64,000 bases of DNA. It comes from Bacilli bacterium. Its GTDB lineage: Bacteria > Bacillota_I > Bacilli_A > RFN20 > UBA1709. Of the stretch, positions 28,358 to 37,738 are shown piece after piece (the first letter of the stretch is position 1; each line of letters starts with the position of its first letter). The DNA is taken from contig JAXESU010000002.1 of assembly GCA_034115825.1 (NCBI GenBank), positions 79,226 to 143,225 on the forward strand, in the 5' to 3' direction. The notes beneath the pieces were generated by a model that was given only the letters and a program-made list of their open reading frames with translations, made no database searches and was not told the DNA's origin. The translations under genes were made by a program, and so were the position numbers.

Positions 28358-28386
28358 AAAAAGGAGGTTTGAACCTCCTTTTAATT
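28355..28386. terminator. Bidirectional rho-independent terminator (aaggaggtt tgaa cctcctt flanked by A- and T-tracts)
   Basis: Perfect hairpin between convergent mgtC (+) and hppA (-). Confidence 0.75.
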
Positions 28387-30474
28387 TTATCCTAGTAGTG
28401 ATAATAATCCTTTACCGTTTTCAATTAAAACAAATAATGGAATGAATACTAATGAAACAATTGTCATTAATTTAATTAAGATGTTGATTGATGGACCTGA
28501 TGTATCTTTGAATGGATCACCAACAGTATCACCAACAACAGCCGCTTTATGTTGATCGCTACCTTTTTTACCGCTAGCTTCAACATATTTTTTAGCATTA
28601 TCCCAAGCACCACCACTGTTTGACATAAAGATTGCAAGTAATACACCAGTAACTAAAGAACCAGCTAGTAAGCCTGCTAAACCTTCATAACCTAATAAAA
28701 CGCCAATAACAATTGGTGATAAAACAGCAATTACACCTGGAACGATCATTTCTTTTAAAGCGGCTCTAGTTGAAATATCAACACAACGAGCATAATTAGG
28801 TTTAGATGTTCCTTTCATAATGCCTGGATCTTGTTTAAATTGACCTCTAACTTCTTCAATCATTTCAAATGCTGCTTTACCTACTGAAGCCATTGTTAAA
28901 GCACTAAATAAGAATGGTAACATACCACCAATTAATAAACCAACAACAACAGATGGAGAAGCTAAAGTTAATAAGCTTGTAATATCTGTACCATGAGTTT
29001 GAGCATTAAATGAAATAATAAATGTAACAAATAACGCTAAAGCTGTTAAAGCTGCACTACCAATAGCAAAGCCTTTACCCATAGCAGCTGTAGTGTTACC
29101 AACAGCATCTAATTGGTCAGTAATTTCTCTAACTGATTCATCAAGATTAGACATTTCAGCGATACCACCAGCATTATCTGCAACTGGACCATAAGCATCA
29201 ACTGCAACTGTAATACCTGTTGTCGAAAGCATACCAACGGCTGCTAAAGCAATTCCATATACACCTTCAACAAGGTTAGTCATAGAACCACCTGAAACAA
29301 AGAAAGCAACTAAAATAGCAACAGAAATTAAGATAATAGGTAGCATTGTTGATAACATACCAACTGAGATACCTGAAATAATACATGTAGCTGGACCAGT
29401 TTCAGCTTTATTAGCAATTTCTTTAACGTACTTATAATCACCAGAAGTGAAAATTTCAGTTAAGTTACCAATAATAACACCAACAACTAAACCAACTAAA
29501 ACTGATAAGAATGATTTATACCAATCATTTTTAAAGTAAACAAATGATAGACCTAATGCTGCTAAAATAACAATTAATGAAGCAACATAAGTACCCATTT
29601 TTAATGCTTTAGCAGGGTTTTTATCACCCTTAACAAATAAACTACCAACAATAGCAGCTAAAATACCAACAGCTGCTAAAAATAAAGGATATAAAACAGC
29701 TGAAATTTGGATTGCTTCACTCATGAAAGCACCTAAAGAAACAGCTGAGATAACTGCACCAACATATGATTCAAATAAGTCAGCACCCATACCAGCAACG
29801 TCACCAACGTTATCACCGACGTTATCAGCAATAACTGCAGGGTTACGTGGATCATCTTCTGGAATTCCAGCTTCAACCTTACCAACAAGGTCTGCACCAA
29901 CGTCAGCAGCTTTAGTATAAATACCGCCGCCTACTCTTGAGAATAAAGCGATTGATGAAGCACCTAAACCAAAACCAGTAACAATGTTTGTAATTTCAAC
30001 CATGTCGATGTGTAAAGCTGAATCAAAAATAAACATTACTAATGATAAACCACCAAGGCCTAAACCTACAACACAAAGACCCATAATAGCGCCACCGCTA
30101 AAAGCCATTGATAATGCAGCGTTCATACCTTTCTTTTGAGCTGCTTGAGCAGTACGAGCATTAGCACTTGTAGCTGATTTCATACCGATAAAGCCAGCTA
30201 AACCACTTAATAAAGCCCCTAAAACAAAACAAACAGCTGTTTGCCAGTTAATAGCAACTAAGATTAAGACAAACAAAACTGCAACGAAGATAGCCAATGT
30301 TTTATATTCTCTTTTTAAGAATGCCATTGCTCCTTCTTTAATGTATGATTGAATTTCTTTCATACGTGCGTTTTCTACTTCGACTTTATCAACTTTATGT
30401 TTTAAAAAGAAAGCATAAGCAAGTCCAAGTAAGCTAACGACTGTTACAATAATAATAGCTGTATAGCTAAACAT
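28387..30474 (-). CDS. hppA: Membrane-bound ion-translocating pyrophosphatase (V-PPase)
   Basis: 695 aa, ~16 TM. GDNVGDNVGDVAGMGADLFESY and DNAGGIAEM motifs typical of H+/Na+-PPases. Confidence 0.9.
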   Translation of the reverse strand: MFSYTAIIIVTVVSLLGLAYAFFLKHKVDKVEVENARMKEIQSYIKEGAMAFLKREYKTLAIFVAVLFVLILVAINWQTAVCFVLGALLSGLAGFIGMKSATSANARTAQAAQKKGMNAALSMAFSGGAIMGLCVVGLGLGGLSLVMFIFDSALHIDMVEITNIVTGFGLGASSIALFSRVGGGIYTKAADVGADLVGKVEAGIPEDDPRNPAVIADNVGDNVGDVAGMGADLFESYVGAVISAVSLGAFMSEAIQISAVLYPLFLAAVGILAAIVGSLFVKGDKNPAKALKMGTYVASLIVILAALGLSFVYFKNDWYKSFLSVLVGLVVGVIIGNLTEIFTSGDYKYVKEIANKAETGPATCIISGISVGMLSTMLPIILISVAILVAFFVSGGSMTNLVEGVYGIALAAVGMLSTTGITVAVDAYGPVADNAGGIAEMSNLDESVREITDQLDAVGNTTAAMGKGFAIGSAALTALALFVTFIISFNAQTHGTDITSLLTLASPSVVVGLLIGGMLPFLFSALTMASVGKAAFEMIEEVRGQFKQDPGIMKGTSKPNYARCVDISTRAALKEMIVPGVIAVLSPIVIGVLLGYEGLAGLLAGSLVTGVLLAIFMSNSGGAWDNAKKYVEASGKKGSDQHKAAVVGDTVGDPFKDTSGPSINILIKLMTIVSLVFIPLFVLIENGKGLLSLLG

Positions 30475-30673
30475 AATAATAAAACCTCCTAATTATTATA
30501 GGAAAATTATATTATAGTTTATTCTTTTTTCAATAATAATTTGTTGAATAAATTAAAATAACAAAATATATACAATTGGAAAACCTTTTATTGTTTCACA
30601 AACCATTTATTAGCCCTCGTTGGCACATATCCTTATTATAAAATAATAAATATTGCTTTTTTTTGTTGTTTTT

Positions 30674-30681
30674 TGTATAAT
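30674..30681 (+). promoter_or_regulatory. Extended -10 promoter element TGtATAAT upstream of ferredoxin gene
   Basis: TGTATAAT at 30674-30681, AGGAGG RBS at 30702-30707, ATG at 30716. Confidence 0.45.
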
Positions 30682-30715
30682 GCAGTTGTAGTTATAAAAC
30701 TAGGAGGAAAAAACT

Positions 30716-30910
30716 ATGGCAAAAAAATATACTGTAAATAAAGATGCTTGTATCGGTTGTGGTGTTTGTACTGCAATTGCTGATGCTGTTTTCGCATTAG
30801 GTGAAGATGGTTTAGCAGAAGCAATTATCGACGAAGTACCTCAAGATTTAGAAGATGCTGCTAATGAAGCATTAAATTCTTGCCCTGCTCAAGCAATTTC
30901 TGAAGAATAA
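30716..30910 (+). CDS. Small [4Fe-4S] ferredoxin
   Basis: 64 aa. CIGCGVC ... CP motif (Cys-x2-Cys-x2-Cys ... Cys-Pro) and acidic composition. Confidence 0.8.
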   Translation: MAKKYTVNKDACIGCGVCTAIADAVFALGEDGLAEAIIDEVPQDLEDAANEALNSCPAQAISEE

Positions 30911-30921
30911 TAATTAAGCAA

Positions 30922-30949
30922 GAAAAGGTGGTTGAAACCACCTTTTTTT
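30922..30949. terminator. Bidirectional terminator (aaaaggtgg ttgaaa ccacctttttt)
   Basis: Hairpin with flanking A/T tracts between convergent ferredoxin (+) and ribU (-). Confidence 0.7.
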
Positions 30950-31712
30950 ATGCTCTATTTATTACTTTTGCAATCGTTTTTTCAATAATATAGAAGATAA
31001 TAACAGAAATAATTCCCTTTAAAATATTAAATGGCAATAATGGTAAAATAAACCCATATATATATGCATCCATTGGTAAATTAAATTCAGTTAAAAGGGT
31101 TGTAAATAATGCTGGTTTTTGTAAAGCATTAGATGGAGTAATGACAAAAAAGTTTAATATTGTCATAATAACACTTGTTGATAAAATGGCTACACTTGAA
31201 GAAAAAATCTGCTTTGAATATTTTTTGCTTTGTTCTTTTTTTACAAGTGTAAAAGTTAGATAAGCAACAAGTGGCAAAAATAAAGTAATTATTCCCAAAA
31301 TTAACCAACTATTATTTTCTACTTTAAACATAAAATAGGTAAATGGTATTAACAAAACCAAGAAAACAAGCATGATACTATTGTTAATTTTAAAGGTATC
31401 ATCTTTTTTGGCAATTATCTTTTTAGCCCCAAGAAAAATCATTCCTAAAGATAATGAACTAATAATGGCCGCTAATTCGCCAACAATAAAAAAACCTGTA
31501 GCTAATCCTAAAGCAAAGCGAAGTAATGATCTTAAAACAATAACAACACTCATCATCCCTAGGCCAAAGAAATTACCAGTAATTAAAACAATTATCTCTG
31601 AGGCATCAATCGCTAAATACGGAGCAAATGGGGTTGGGATTTGAATTAATCCCAAAACTACAGCAAGCGTCGAAAACATTGCTGTAAAGACTAATTTTTT
31701 AACATTATTCAT
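30948..31712 (-). CDS. ribU: Riboflavin transporter, ECF-type S component RibU-like
   Basis: 254 aa polytopic membrane protein. Resembles B. subtilis RibU/YpaA (KKLV..AM.S.LA.VL...IDxS.I..LI.G ... LPFNILKGII). Preceded by an FMN riboswitch. Confidence 0.65.
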   Translation of the reverse strand: MNNVKKLVFTAMFSTLAVVLGLIQIPTPFAPYLAIDASEIIVLITGNFFGLGMMSVVIVLRSLLRFALGLATGFFIVGELAAIISSLSLGMIFLGAKKIIAKKDDTFKINNSIMLVFLVLLIPFTYFMFKVENNSWLILGIITLFLPLVAYLTFTLVKKEQSKKYSKQIFSSSVAILSTSVIMTILNFFVITPSNALQKPALFTTLLTEFNLPMDAYIYGFILPLLPFNILKGIISVIIFYIIEKTIAKVINRA

Positions 31713-31723
31713 AATAAAAAAAC

Positions 31724-31880
31724 CTCCTATGTATCTTCAGGAGGTAACACAAAAATATGTTTTTCTTCTTTCATCCAGACTTTACTGTCGCCACTTGAAT
31801 TACACAAGTTCTGCTATTATAAAATAGCTCGTGGGGTTTACCACCGGTTAGGAATTTCACCATACCCTGAAGATTACGTC
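31724..31880 (-). ncRNA. FMN riboswitch (RFN element) with terminator/RBS-sequestering expression platform
   Basis: Minus-strand sequence CUUCAGGGUAUGGUGAAAUUCCUAACCGGUGGUAAACCCCACGAGC...GCGACAGUAAAGUCUGGAUGAAAGAAG matches the RFN consensus (GGUGAAAUUCC, ACCGGCGGUA, GAGCC, GACAGUGAAAGUCUGGAUGGGAGAAGG). It is followed by the hairpin ACCUCCUGAAGAUACAUAGGAGGU + U7 immediately before the ATG. Confidence 0.8.
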
Positions 31881-31941
31881 TAAATTATATACCCTTTATA
31901 ATTTAATGTCTACATTTTTATAGCATAGTTTATATAAAATA

Positions 31942-31950
31942 TGATATAAT
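31942..31950 (+). promoter_or_regulatory. Extended -10 element TGaTATAAT for cmk
   Basis: TGATATAAT at 31942-31950. GGAGGG RBS at 31967. ATG at 31979. Confidence 0.4.
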
Positions 31951-31978
31951 ACTAACGATTAAATCGGAGGGATGAATT

Positions 31979-32662
31979 ATGAAGCGTTTAATTATTGCAA
32001 TCGATGGACCTGCAGCTAGTGGCAAAAGTTCTACAGCTAAATTATTAGCAAAAAAATTAGGCTATAATTATATTGACACCGGTGCAATGTATCGTTGTAT
32101 TACTTTATATGTTTTAAAAAACAATATCGACCCAAATGATGAAGAAGCAATTGGTAATAGTTTAAAAAATTGTAAAATCGATGTATCAGGCGACTATTTC
32201 TTCTTAAATGACGAAGACGTTAGTGACGCCATTCGTTCAAAAGAAGTTACCTTCCATGTTTCTAAAGTATGTTCTTACGCCAAGGTACGCGAAGAAATGG
32301 TTAGAATGCAACGTGAATTAGCCAAAAATGGCGGCGTTATTTTAGATGGACGTGATATTGGTACTGTCGTTTTTCCAAACGCTGATTTAAAAATTTATCA
32401 AACAGCCGATTTAGAAGTAAGAGCCCTTCGTCGATACCAAGAAAATAACATTCGTAACATTGACATGACTTTAGAAGAAGTCACTCAAGATATTAAACGT
32501 CGTGATGAAAAAGATTCTACAAGAGCCATTTCACCACTTAAAAAAGCTGATGATGCTATCACAATCGATACATCTAAATTTAGTAGCGTCGAAAAAAATG
32601 TTGAAGCCATTCTTGCCTTAGTTAAAGAAAAATTAACGGAAGGAAAAGAAAAAGATGAATAA
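31979..32662 (+). CDS. cmk: Cytidylate kinase
   Basis: 227 aa. [14 protein letters not shown]-loop. CMP kinase family. Confidence 0.9.
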   Translation: MKRLIIAIDGPAASGKSSTAKLLAKKLGYNYIDTGAMYRCITLYVLKNNIDPNDEEAIGNSLKNCKIDVSGDYFFLNDEDVSDAIRSKEVTFHVSKVCSYAKVREEMVRMQRELAKNGGVILDGRDIGTVVFPNADLKIYQTADLEVRALRRYQENNIRNIDMTLEEVTQDIKRRDEKDSTRAISPLKKADDAITIDTSKFSSVEKNVEAILALVKEKLTEGKEKDE

Positions 32663-33959
32663 AGTCGCAGTTATCGGTCGTCCTAATGTCGGTAAATCAA
32701 CGGTTTTCAATCGTATTATCGGTCAAAGAAACGCTATTGTCTCTGATGAAGTAGGTGTAACTCGTGACCGATTATACGCCAAAGCAAATTGGCTCACAAA
32801 AGAATTTTTTGTTATTGATACAGGTGGTATTACTTTAGAAGATCACCCTTTTAGAGAACAAATTAAAATGCAAGCTGAAATTGCTATTAATGAAGCTGAT
32901 GTTATTTTATTTATTTGTGATGCTCGAAGCGGGGTTACTAATGATGACGAATTAATTGCTCGTCTACTACAAAAAAGTAATAAACCAATCGTTCTTGGTA
33001 TTAACAAAGTCGATGATTTAAAATTTAAAGATAACATCTATGAATTTTATTCACTAGGTGTTGGAGATCCTATTCCAATGAGTGCCGTTCACGGCATTGG
33101 TATTGGTGATATTCTTGATAAAATCGTTCATGAATTTAAAGATGAAGAAATTAACAATGAAGACGACGATAGTATTAAGTTTTGTTTAATCGGTCGTCCT
33201 AACGTTGGTAAATCTTCTTTAGTAAATGCGATTTTAAATGAGCAAAGAGTTATTGTTTCAAATATTGAAGGTACAACTCGTGATGCTATTGATACAAAAT
33301 TTAGTCGTAACAATCAAAACTATGTAGCAATTGATACTGCTGGGCTAAAAAAACGCGGCAAGATATTCGAAGCAATTGATAAATATGCTGCCTTGCGTTC
33401 ATTAAGTGCTATTGACCGTAGTGATGTTGTTTTATTAGTCATTGATGCCGAAACCGGCATTCGTGAACAAGATAAAAATGTCGCTGGTTACGCTTTTGAT
33501 GCTTATAAAGGAATCGTTATCGTTGTTAACAAATGGGACACCGTTGTTAAAGACGAAAAAACAATGAACGAATTTAGCAAAAAAATTCGTAATGAATTTA
33601 AATTCTTAGACTATGCACCAATTGTTTATACAAGCGCCTTAACAAAGGCCCGTATCCAAACCGTAATTGATGCCATTGATAATGTTTATAATGCTACTTT
33701 AACAAGAGTTCAAACTAGTGTTCTTAATGGAGTCTTTATGGATGCTCAACAAATGAATCCAGCTCCTGAGTTTAATGGTGGTCGTATTAAAATAATGTAT
33801 GCTAACCAAGTAGCCATCAAACCTCCAACGTTTGTTTTATTTGTTAATAATCCAAATTATTTACACTTCTCTTATAAACGTTATTTAGAAAATCGCTTAC
33901 GTGATAGTTTCAATTTTGATGGAACACCAATTAAATTGATTTTTAGAAATAGTGATTAA
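32655..33959 (+). CDS. der: Ribosome-biogenesis GTPase Der (EngA), tandem GTPase domains + KH-like domain
   Basis: 434 aa. Two G-domains (GRPNVGKST at the N-terminus and again at ~aa 178). Start overlaps cmk stop by 8 nt. Confidence 0.9.
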   Translation: MNKVAVIGRPNVGKSTVFNRIIGQRNAIVSDEVGVTRDRLYAKANWLTKEFFVIDTGGITLEDHPFREQIKMQAEIAINEADVILFICDARSGVTNDDELIARLLQKSNKPIVLGINKVDDLKFKDNIYEFYSLGVGDPIPMSAVHGIGIGDILDKIVHEFKDEEINNEDDDSIKFCLIGRPNVGKSSLVNAILNEQRVIVSNIEGTTRDAIDTKFSRNNQNYVAIDTAGLKKRGKIFEAIDKYAALRSLSAIDRSDVVLLVIDAETGIREQDKNVAGYAFDAYKGIVIVVNKWDTVVKDEKTMNEFSKKIRNEFKFLDYAPIVYTSALTKARIQTVIDAIDNVYNATLTRVQTSVLNGVFMDAQQMNPAPEFNGGRIKIMYANQVAIKPPTFVLFVNNPNYLHFSYKRYLENRLRDSFNFDGTPIKLIFRNSD

Positions 33960-33990
33960 AAAAGCAGGATTAATCCTGCTTTTAATTTTT
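33958..33990. terminator. Bidirectional terminator (aagcagga ttaa tcctgctt + T-tract)
   Basis: Perfect hairpin between convergent der (+) and the 208-aa gene (-). Confidence 0.7.
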
Positions 33991-34608
33991 ATTAACTCTT
34001 GAAAATAATATAGACTCACTAACTTCAATAATTTTATTTAAATACATATTAAGATTATGATTAAACATATCGACAAAATTACCTGCAACATACAAATAAC
34101 TATCAAGTAAATTGAGTATTGTATTTTGAAGTTTTAAATTGCTATGATAAATAAATTCAAATAAACGAGCCTTGAAAGGAAAGACTTCTTCTTCAATAGT
34201 TACAATAATATTATTAATTGTTTGTTCATAGCTAAATTCATCTTTTAAACGATCAAACAAAATTGATAAAGTAATATTTTGTTCAACTTCTTTTTCATAT
34301 TTAATACTAAGACGGACTAAATCTAAGCCATCATCTTCTTTAACTCCAACCAAAAGCCCTAAAGAAAAGACTTCATCAGTATCTAAAAATTTTACTTCTT
34401 CACTTGTTGGGCTACCAACGATTGCTTTTGATAATTTTTTCGATTCTTTAACACCAGTCATTGAAAAATAAATTGATTCCGTCAAAATAAAATAATGATA
34501 TTTATCAATAATTTTTTGTTCTAAAACATCTTTTAATTGATCTTTATGTAATTCTTTTCCCCCATTTATCAAATGAGCTAAAATATCTTTTAATTCCATC
34601 TTAATCAA
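33982..34608 (-). CDS. Hypothetical protein (208 aa), translationally coupled to the ATP-grasp gene
   Basis: Long ORF with no recognisable motifs. Its start overlaps the 3' end of the ATP-grasp reading frame by 8 nt. Confidence 0.5.
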   Translation of the reverse strand: MIKMELKDILAHLINGGKELHKDQLKDVLEQKIIDKYHYFILTESIYFSMTGVKESKKLSKAIVGSPTSEEVKFLDTDEVFSLGLLVGVKEDDGLDLVRLSIKYEKEVEQNITLSILFDRLKDEFSYEQTINNIIVTIEEEVFPFKARLFEFIYHSNLKLQNTILNLLDSYLYVAGNFVDMFNHNLNMYLNKIIEVSESILFSRVNKN

Positions 34609-35800
34609 TCACCTTTAATAAAACATAATCTTTAAATTCCTTTAAATCTTCTAAATTATTAAAACGAGCAATATAATAGTATTCACCACCCATGCCCATC
34701 GCAATAAGCGGATCATACGTTCCTTTCTCAATAAAGTTTTGTTGATATTTTTTAATTATATCTTCGTCACTATATTGATATTTTTTTTCTTTTCTTCTCG
34801 TAACCTCGATTGTATAAAAAGTACTTGTATTTTCTATACTTTCTAATTTCTCGTCATTCATAATAGAAGCATAAATATCATAGATATTAACGTCTTTTGT
34901 AAGTGAAAACAATTCTGGAACATGACCTCCACCACAACGCATATTAACCTCTAGAGCTACAACGTCATTTTTTTAACCAAGTCCTTCTTTAGCTTCATTT
35001 AAACGGAAAAACTCTAAATGAACAAAGCGTTTTTTGACTTTAAAGGCTTTAATTGTTTTAATCCCTTTTTCAACAAGTTGATGATCGATATTACTCGTAC
35101 AATAATAGTAACCGTCTAATTTATCATTTACCAAATCAGCATTTGAGTATGGGAATTCATGTGAAGCATAAATAACAACATCGCTATCTTTGTCAACTAA
35201 AGCATCAAAAGAAACAATTTTACCATCAATAAATTCCTCCATGATATATTCTTCGTCATCTTTTGTCTTTAAAAAATTGTTCAATTCTTCATCATTACTA
35301 ATTTTATATGATGAAGTAGCACCAACACCTTCAACAGGTTTAACAAAGACTGGATATGAAACAAGATTAATAAAAGCTTTACATTGTTCAAAATCTTTAA
35401 CAATTGTATATCGCGCATTAGGAACTTTTGCCAAGTCATAATAATATTTCATCTTATCTTTTCGTTTATAATCTTCAATATCATCGCTTTTAATCCCATT
35501 GATATTAAAATCTTTACGTAGCATTGCATCGTATTTTAACCAGAATTCGTTGTTTGATTCTAGCTCATCTATATGGCCATACTTAAACGAAAAATAAGCC
35601 ACTGCTTTAAACATTTCTTGATAATCATTCATATTAGCCAAAAAATAATACTCTGTTAATGCATTTTTTAGTTCAGGTAATAATTGATTATAAGGTGTAT
35701 CACCTATTCCTAAAACATTAAATCCTTTTTTCTTTAAAGCTGTCGCATACTTATAAAAAAAATGTGGATAATTTGGTGAAACAAGAATAAAATTCTTCAT
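34601..35800 (-). pseudogene. ATP-grasp family ligase interrupted by a single in-frame TAA stop (two ORFs 34973-35800 and 34601-34942 in the same frame)
   Basis: 35800-34942 = 858, divisible by 3. The sequence between the two ORFs reads GLG-TAA-KNDVVALEVNMRCGGG. The upstream part has an ATP-grasp core (VFVKPVEGVGATSS ... EEFIDG), and the downstream part continues with an EVN...GGG motif. Confidence 0.6.
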
Positions 35801-35985
35801 TTAGGTCCCTTCTTTCCTCTAATTATTATAATACTTACATTAATATTTTCCACTATTTTAAAGAAAAATTTTCCGTATAAACGTTTTCTTATCAATAAAT
35901 TAGTTTTTTTTAATTTTTAGGGGTGTACTTTATCTAAATTTAATGATAAAGTAAGAGTATAAATAATATAGGAGGTCTATAATAT

Positions 35986-36261
35986 ATGAATAAAGCTCAA
36001 CTTATTGAAAAAGTCGCTCTAGAACTAGGTAAAACAAAAAAAGAAGTCGCTCTAATTGTTACCGCTTTTATTGAAGACATTAAAGATGAATTAAAGAGCG
36101 GTGAATCAGTAAAAATCAGTGGCTTTGGTAACTTTATCGTTAAAGAAAAAGAAGCTCATACTGCTAAAAATCCAATTACAAAGGAAGAAATTCTTGTTCC
36201 TGCATGCAAAAAAGTTTCTTTTAAACCTAGTGATGTTTTAAAAGATGAATTAACTAAATAA
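35986..36261 (+). CDS. hup: DNA-binding protein HU
   Basis: 91 aa, classic HU/IHF fold sequence (MNKAQLIEKVA...GFGNFIVKEKEA...NPITKEEILVPA). Confidence 0.9.
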   Translation: MNKAQLIEKVALELGKTKKEVALIVTAFIEDIKDELKSGESVKISGFGNFIVKEKEAHTAKNPITKEEILVPACKKVSFKPSDVLKDELTK

Positions 36262-36351
36262 ACAAAGATGAAGGGTTTTTTCAAATCCCTTTTTCTTTAT
36301 CACCAATAAAGTTATAATATCAATCATTATATATAGTGAGGTGAACGTATT

Positions 36352-37044
36352 ATGTTTTTAGCTTTAACTTTTCAACAAGATTTAATTTTGATTTTAGCAA
36401 TGATTTTTATTGGTATCTTTTCACAAATGATGGTCACCAAGTCTTATAATCAATATTTAAAATATCCTAATTCAACCGGGATGTCAGGCGCCGAAGCAGC
36501 AACAAAATTTTTAGAGGCCAATGGTATCTATGATGTTCAAGTCGTTGCAACTAAAGGTTTTTTAAATGATTATTATGATCCTAGCCGTAAAGTTATTAAA
36601 CTTTCTGAAAGTAATTACTATGGTAAAAGTATTTCTAGCGTCTCTGTTGCTTGTCACGAAGTTGGTCACGCTATCCAACACGCTAAAGGTTATAAAATGC
36701 TTGTATTAAGAAATAAACTTGTACCATTAGTAAGTTTTTCTTCTTCAGTTTCATGGTTATTAATCTTTTTAGGTATCTTACTTGGATCTCTTGGTTTTGT
36801 TTATGTTGGTATCGCTTTATTTGGAACAATTGCTTTATTCCAATTAGTTACCTTACCCGTCGAATTTAATGCCTCTTCTCGTGCATTAAAATTCTTTAGA
36901 AGTGGTAATGTTATGAGTATGGATGAAACATATGCTTCAAAGAAAGTCTTAAACGCTGCTGCCTTTACATATGTTGCTGCATTACTAACTTCAATGATTC
37001 AACTCGCAAGATTATTATTAATTTTTGGCAATAATGATCGTTAA
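36352..37044 (+). CDS. Putative neutral zinc metallopeptidase (YpfJ/Zn-peptidase family), membrane-anchored
   Basis: 230 aa. HEVGH zinc-binding motif at ACHEVGHAIQHA, plus N- and C-terminal TM segments. Confidence 0.65.
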   Translation: MFLALTFQQDLILILAMIFIGIFSQMMVTKSYNQYLKYPNSTGMSGAEAATKFLEANGIYDVQVVATKGFLNDYYDPSRKVIKLSESNYYGKSISSVSVACHEVGHAIQHAKGYKMLVLRNKLVPLVSFSSSVSWLLIFLGILLGSLGFVYVGIALFGTIALFQLVTLPVEFNASSRALKFFRSGNVMSMDETYASKKVLNAAAFTYVAALLTSMIQLARLLLIFGNNDR

Positions 37045-37681
37045 TTACTTAAACAAAGTTTTCGCATTATTTGCTAAATATAATTTTGAAATATATCTTG
37101 CTGGGGGAAGTGCTCGTGATTTTTTACTAAATAAAGATTTTAAAGATTTTGATTTCGCTACACCAATTACAAGTAATCAATTAATTGAATCATTAAATAT
37201 TACTGATTATGATTCATTTGCCATTAAATTTGGCACACTAAAATGCCATCTTTTTGAAAATGATGTCGAAATAACAACCTTCCGAAAAGAAGGTGAATAT
37301 AAAGATTTTCGCCGTCCTTCTTCCATTAGCTTTGTTAGTAGCATAGAAGAAGATTCAAAACGTCGCGATTTTACCATCAACGCCATTTATATTGATAAAG
37401 GTTATAAGATTTACGATTTCCATGATGGTGTTAATGATTTAAATAATAAAATTATTCGAATGATTGGTGATCCATACATTAGATTAAAAGAAGATCCCGT
37501 TCGTATATTAAGAGCTTTACGTTTTAAAACTAATCTTAATTTCGAAATTGATCCTTATCTAATGGAAGCAATGAAAAAAAATAAAATTTATTTACAAAAA
37601 ATCTCGAAAGATCGTTTGAATTTAGAACTAAATAAATTCAAACATTTAAAATATTATAACGAATTTATGAGTGATAACTAA
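37034..37681 (+). CDS. Short class-II nucleotidyltransferase: CCA-adding/poly(A) polymerase head(+neck) domain only
   Basis: GGSARDFLL...DFDFAT (GGxxRD...DxD) Pol-beta-type NTase motif. Only 215 aa from the ATG at 37034, whereas the track ORF begins at a TTG at 37025. There is no body/tail domain, and dnaD follows 57 nt downstream. Confidence 0.55.
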   Translation: MIVNYLNKVFALFAKYNFEIYLAGGSARDFLLNKDFKDFDFATPITSNQLIESLNITDYDSFAIKFGTLKCHLFENDVEITTFRKEGEYKDFRRPSSISFVSSIEEDSKRRDFTINAIYIDKGYKIYDFHDGVNDLNNKIIRMIGDPYIRLKEDPVRILRALRFKTNLNFEIDPYLMEAMKKNKIYLQKISKDRLNLELNKFKHLKYYNEFMSDN

Positions 37682-37738
37682 TGTTATCACTTTTTATTAT
37701 TTTTTAGATAGTGTATAATTTAAAAGGATGGTGATTTT

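Noticed and set aside
29723-29920. 65-aa + ORF inside hppA
   Set aside because: Antisense to a highly conserved V-PPase region.
31372-31644. 90-aa + ORF antisense to ribU
   Set aside because: Antisense within the riboswitch-controlled transporter gene. No RBS.
34973-34975. Selenocysteine or other programmed recoding at the ATP-grasp in-frame stop
   Set aside because: The codon is TAA, not TGA, and no SECIS-like hairpin follows. A nonsense mutation or sequencing error is more parsimonious.
35190-35441. 83-aa + ORF antisense to ATP-grasp gene
   Set aside because: Antisense chance ORF.
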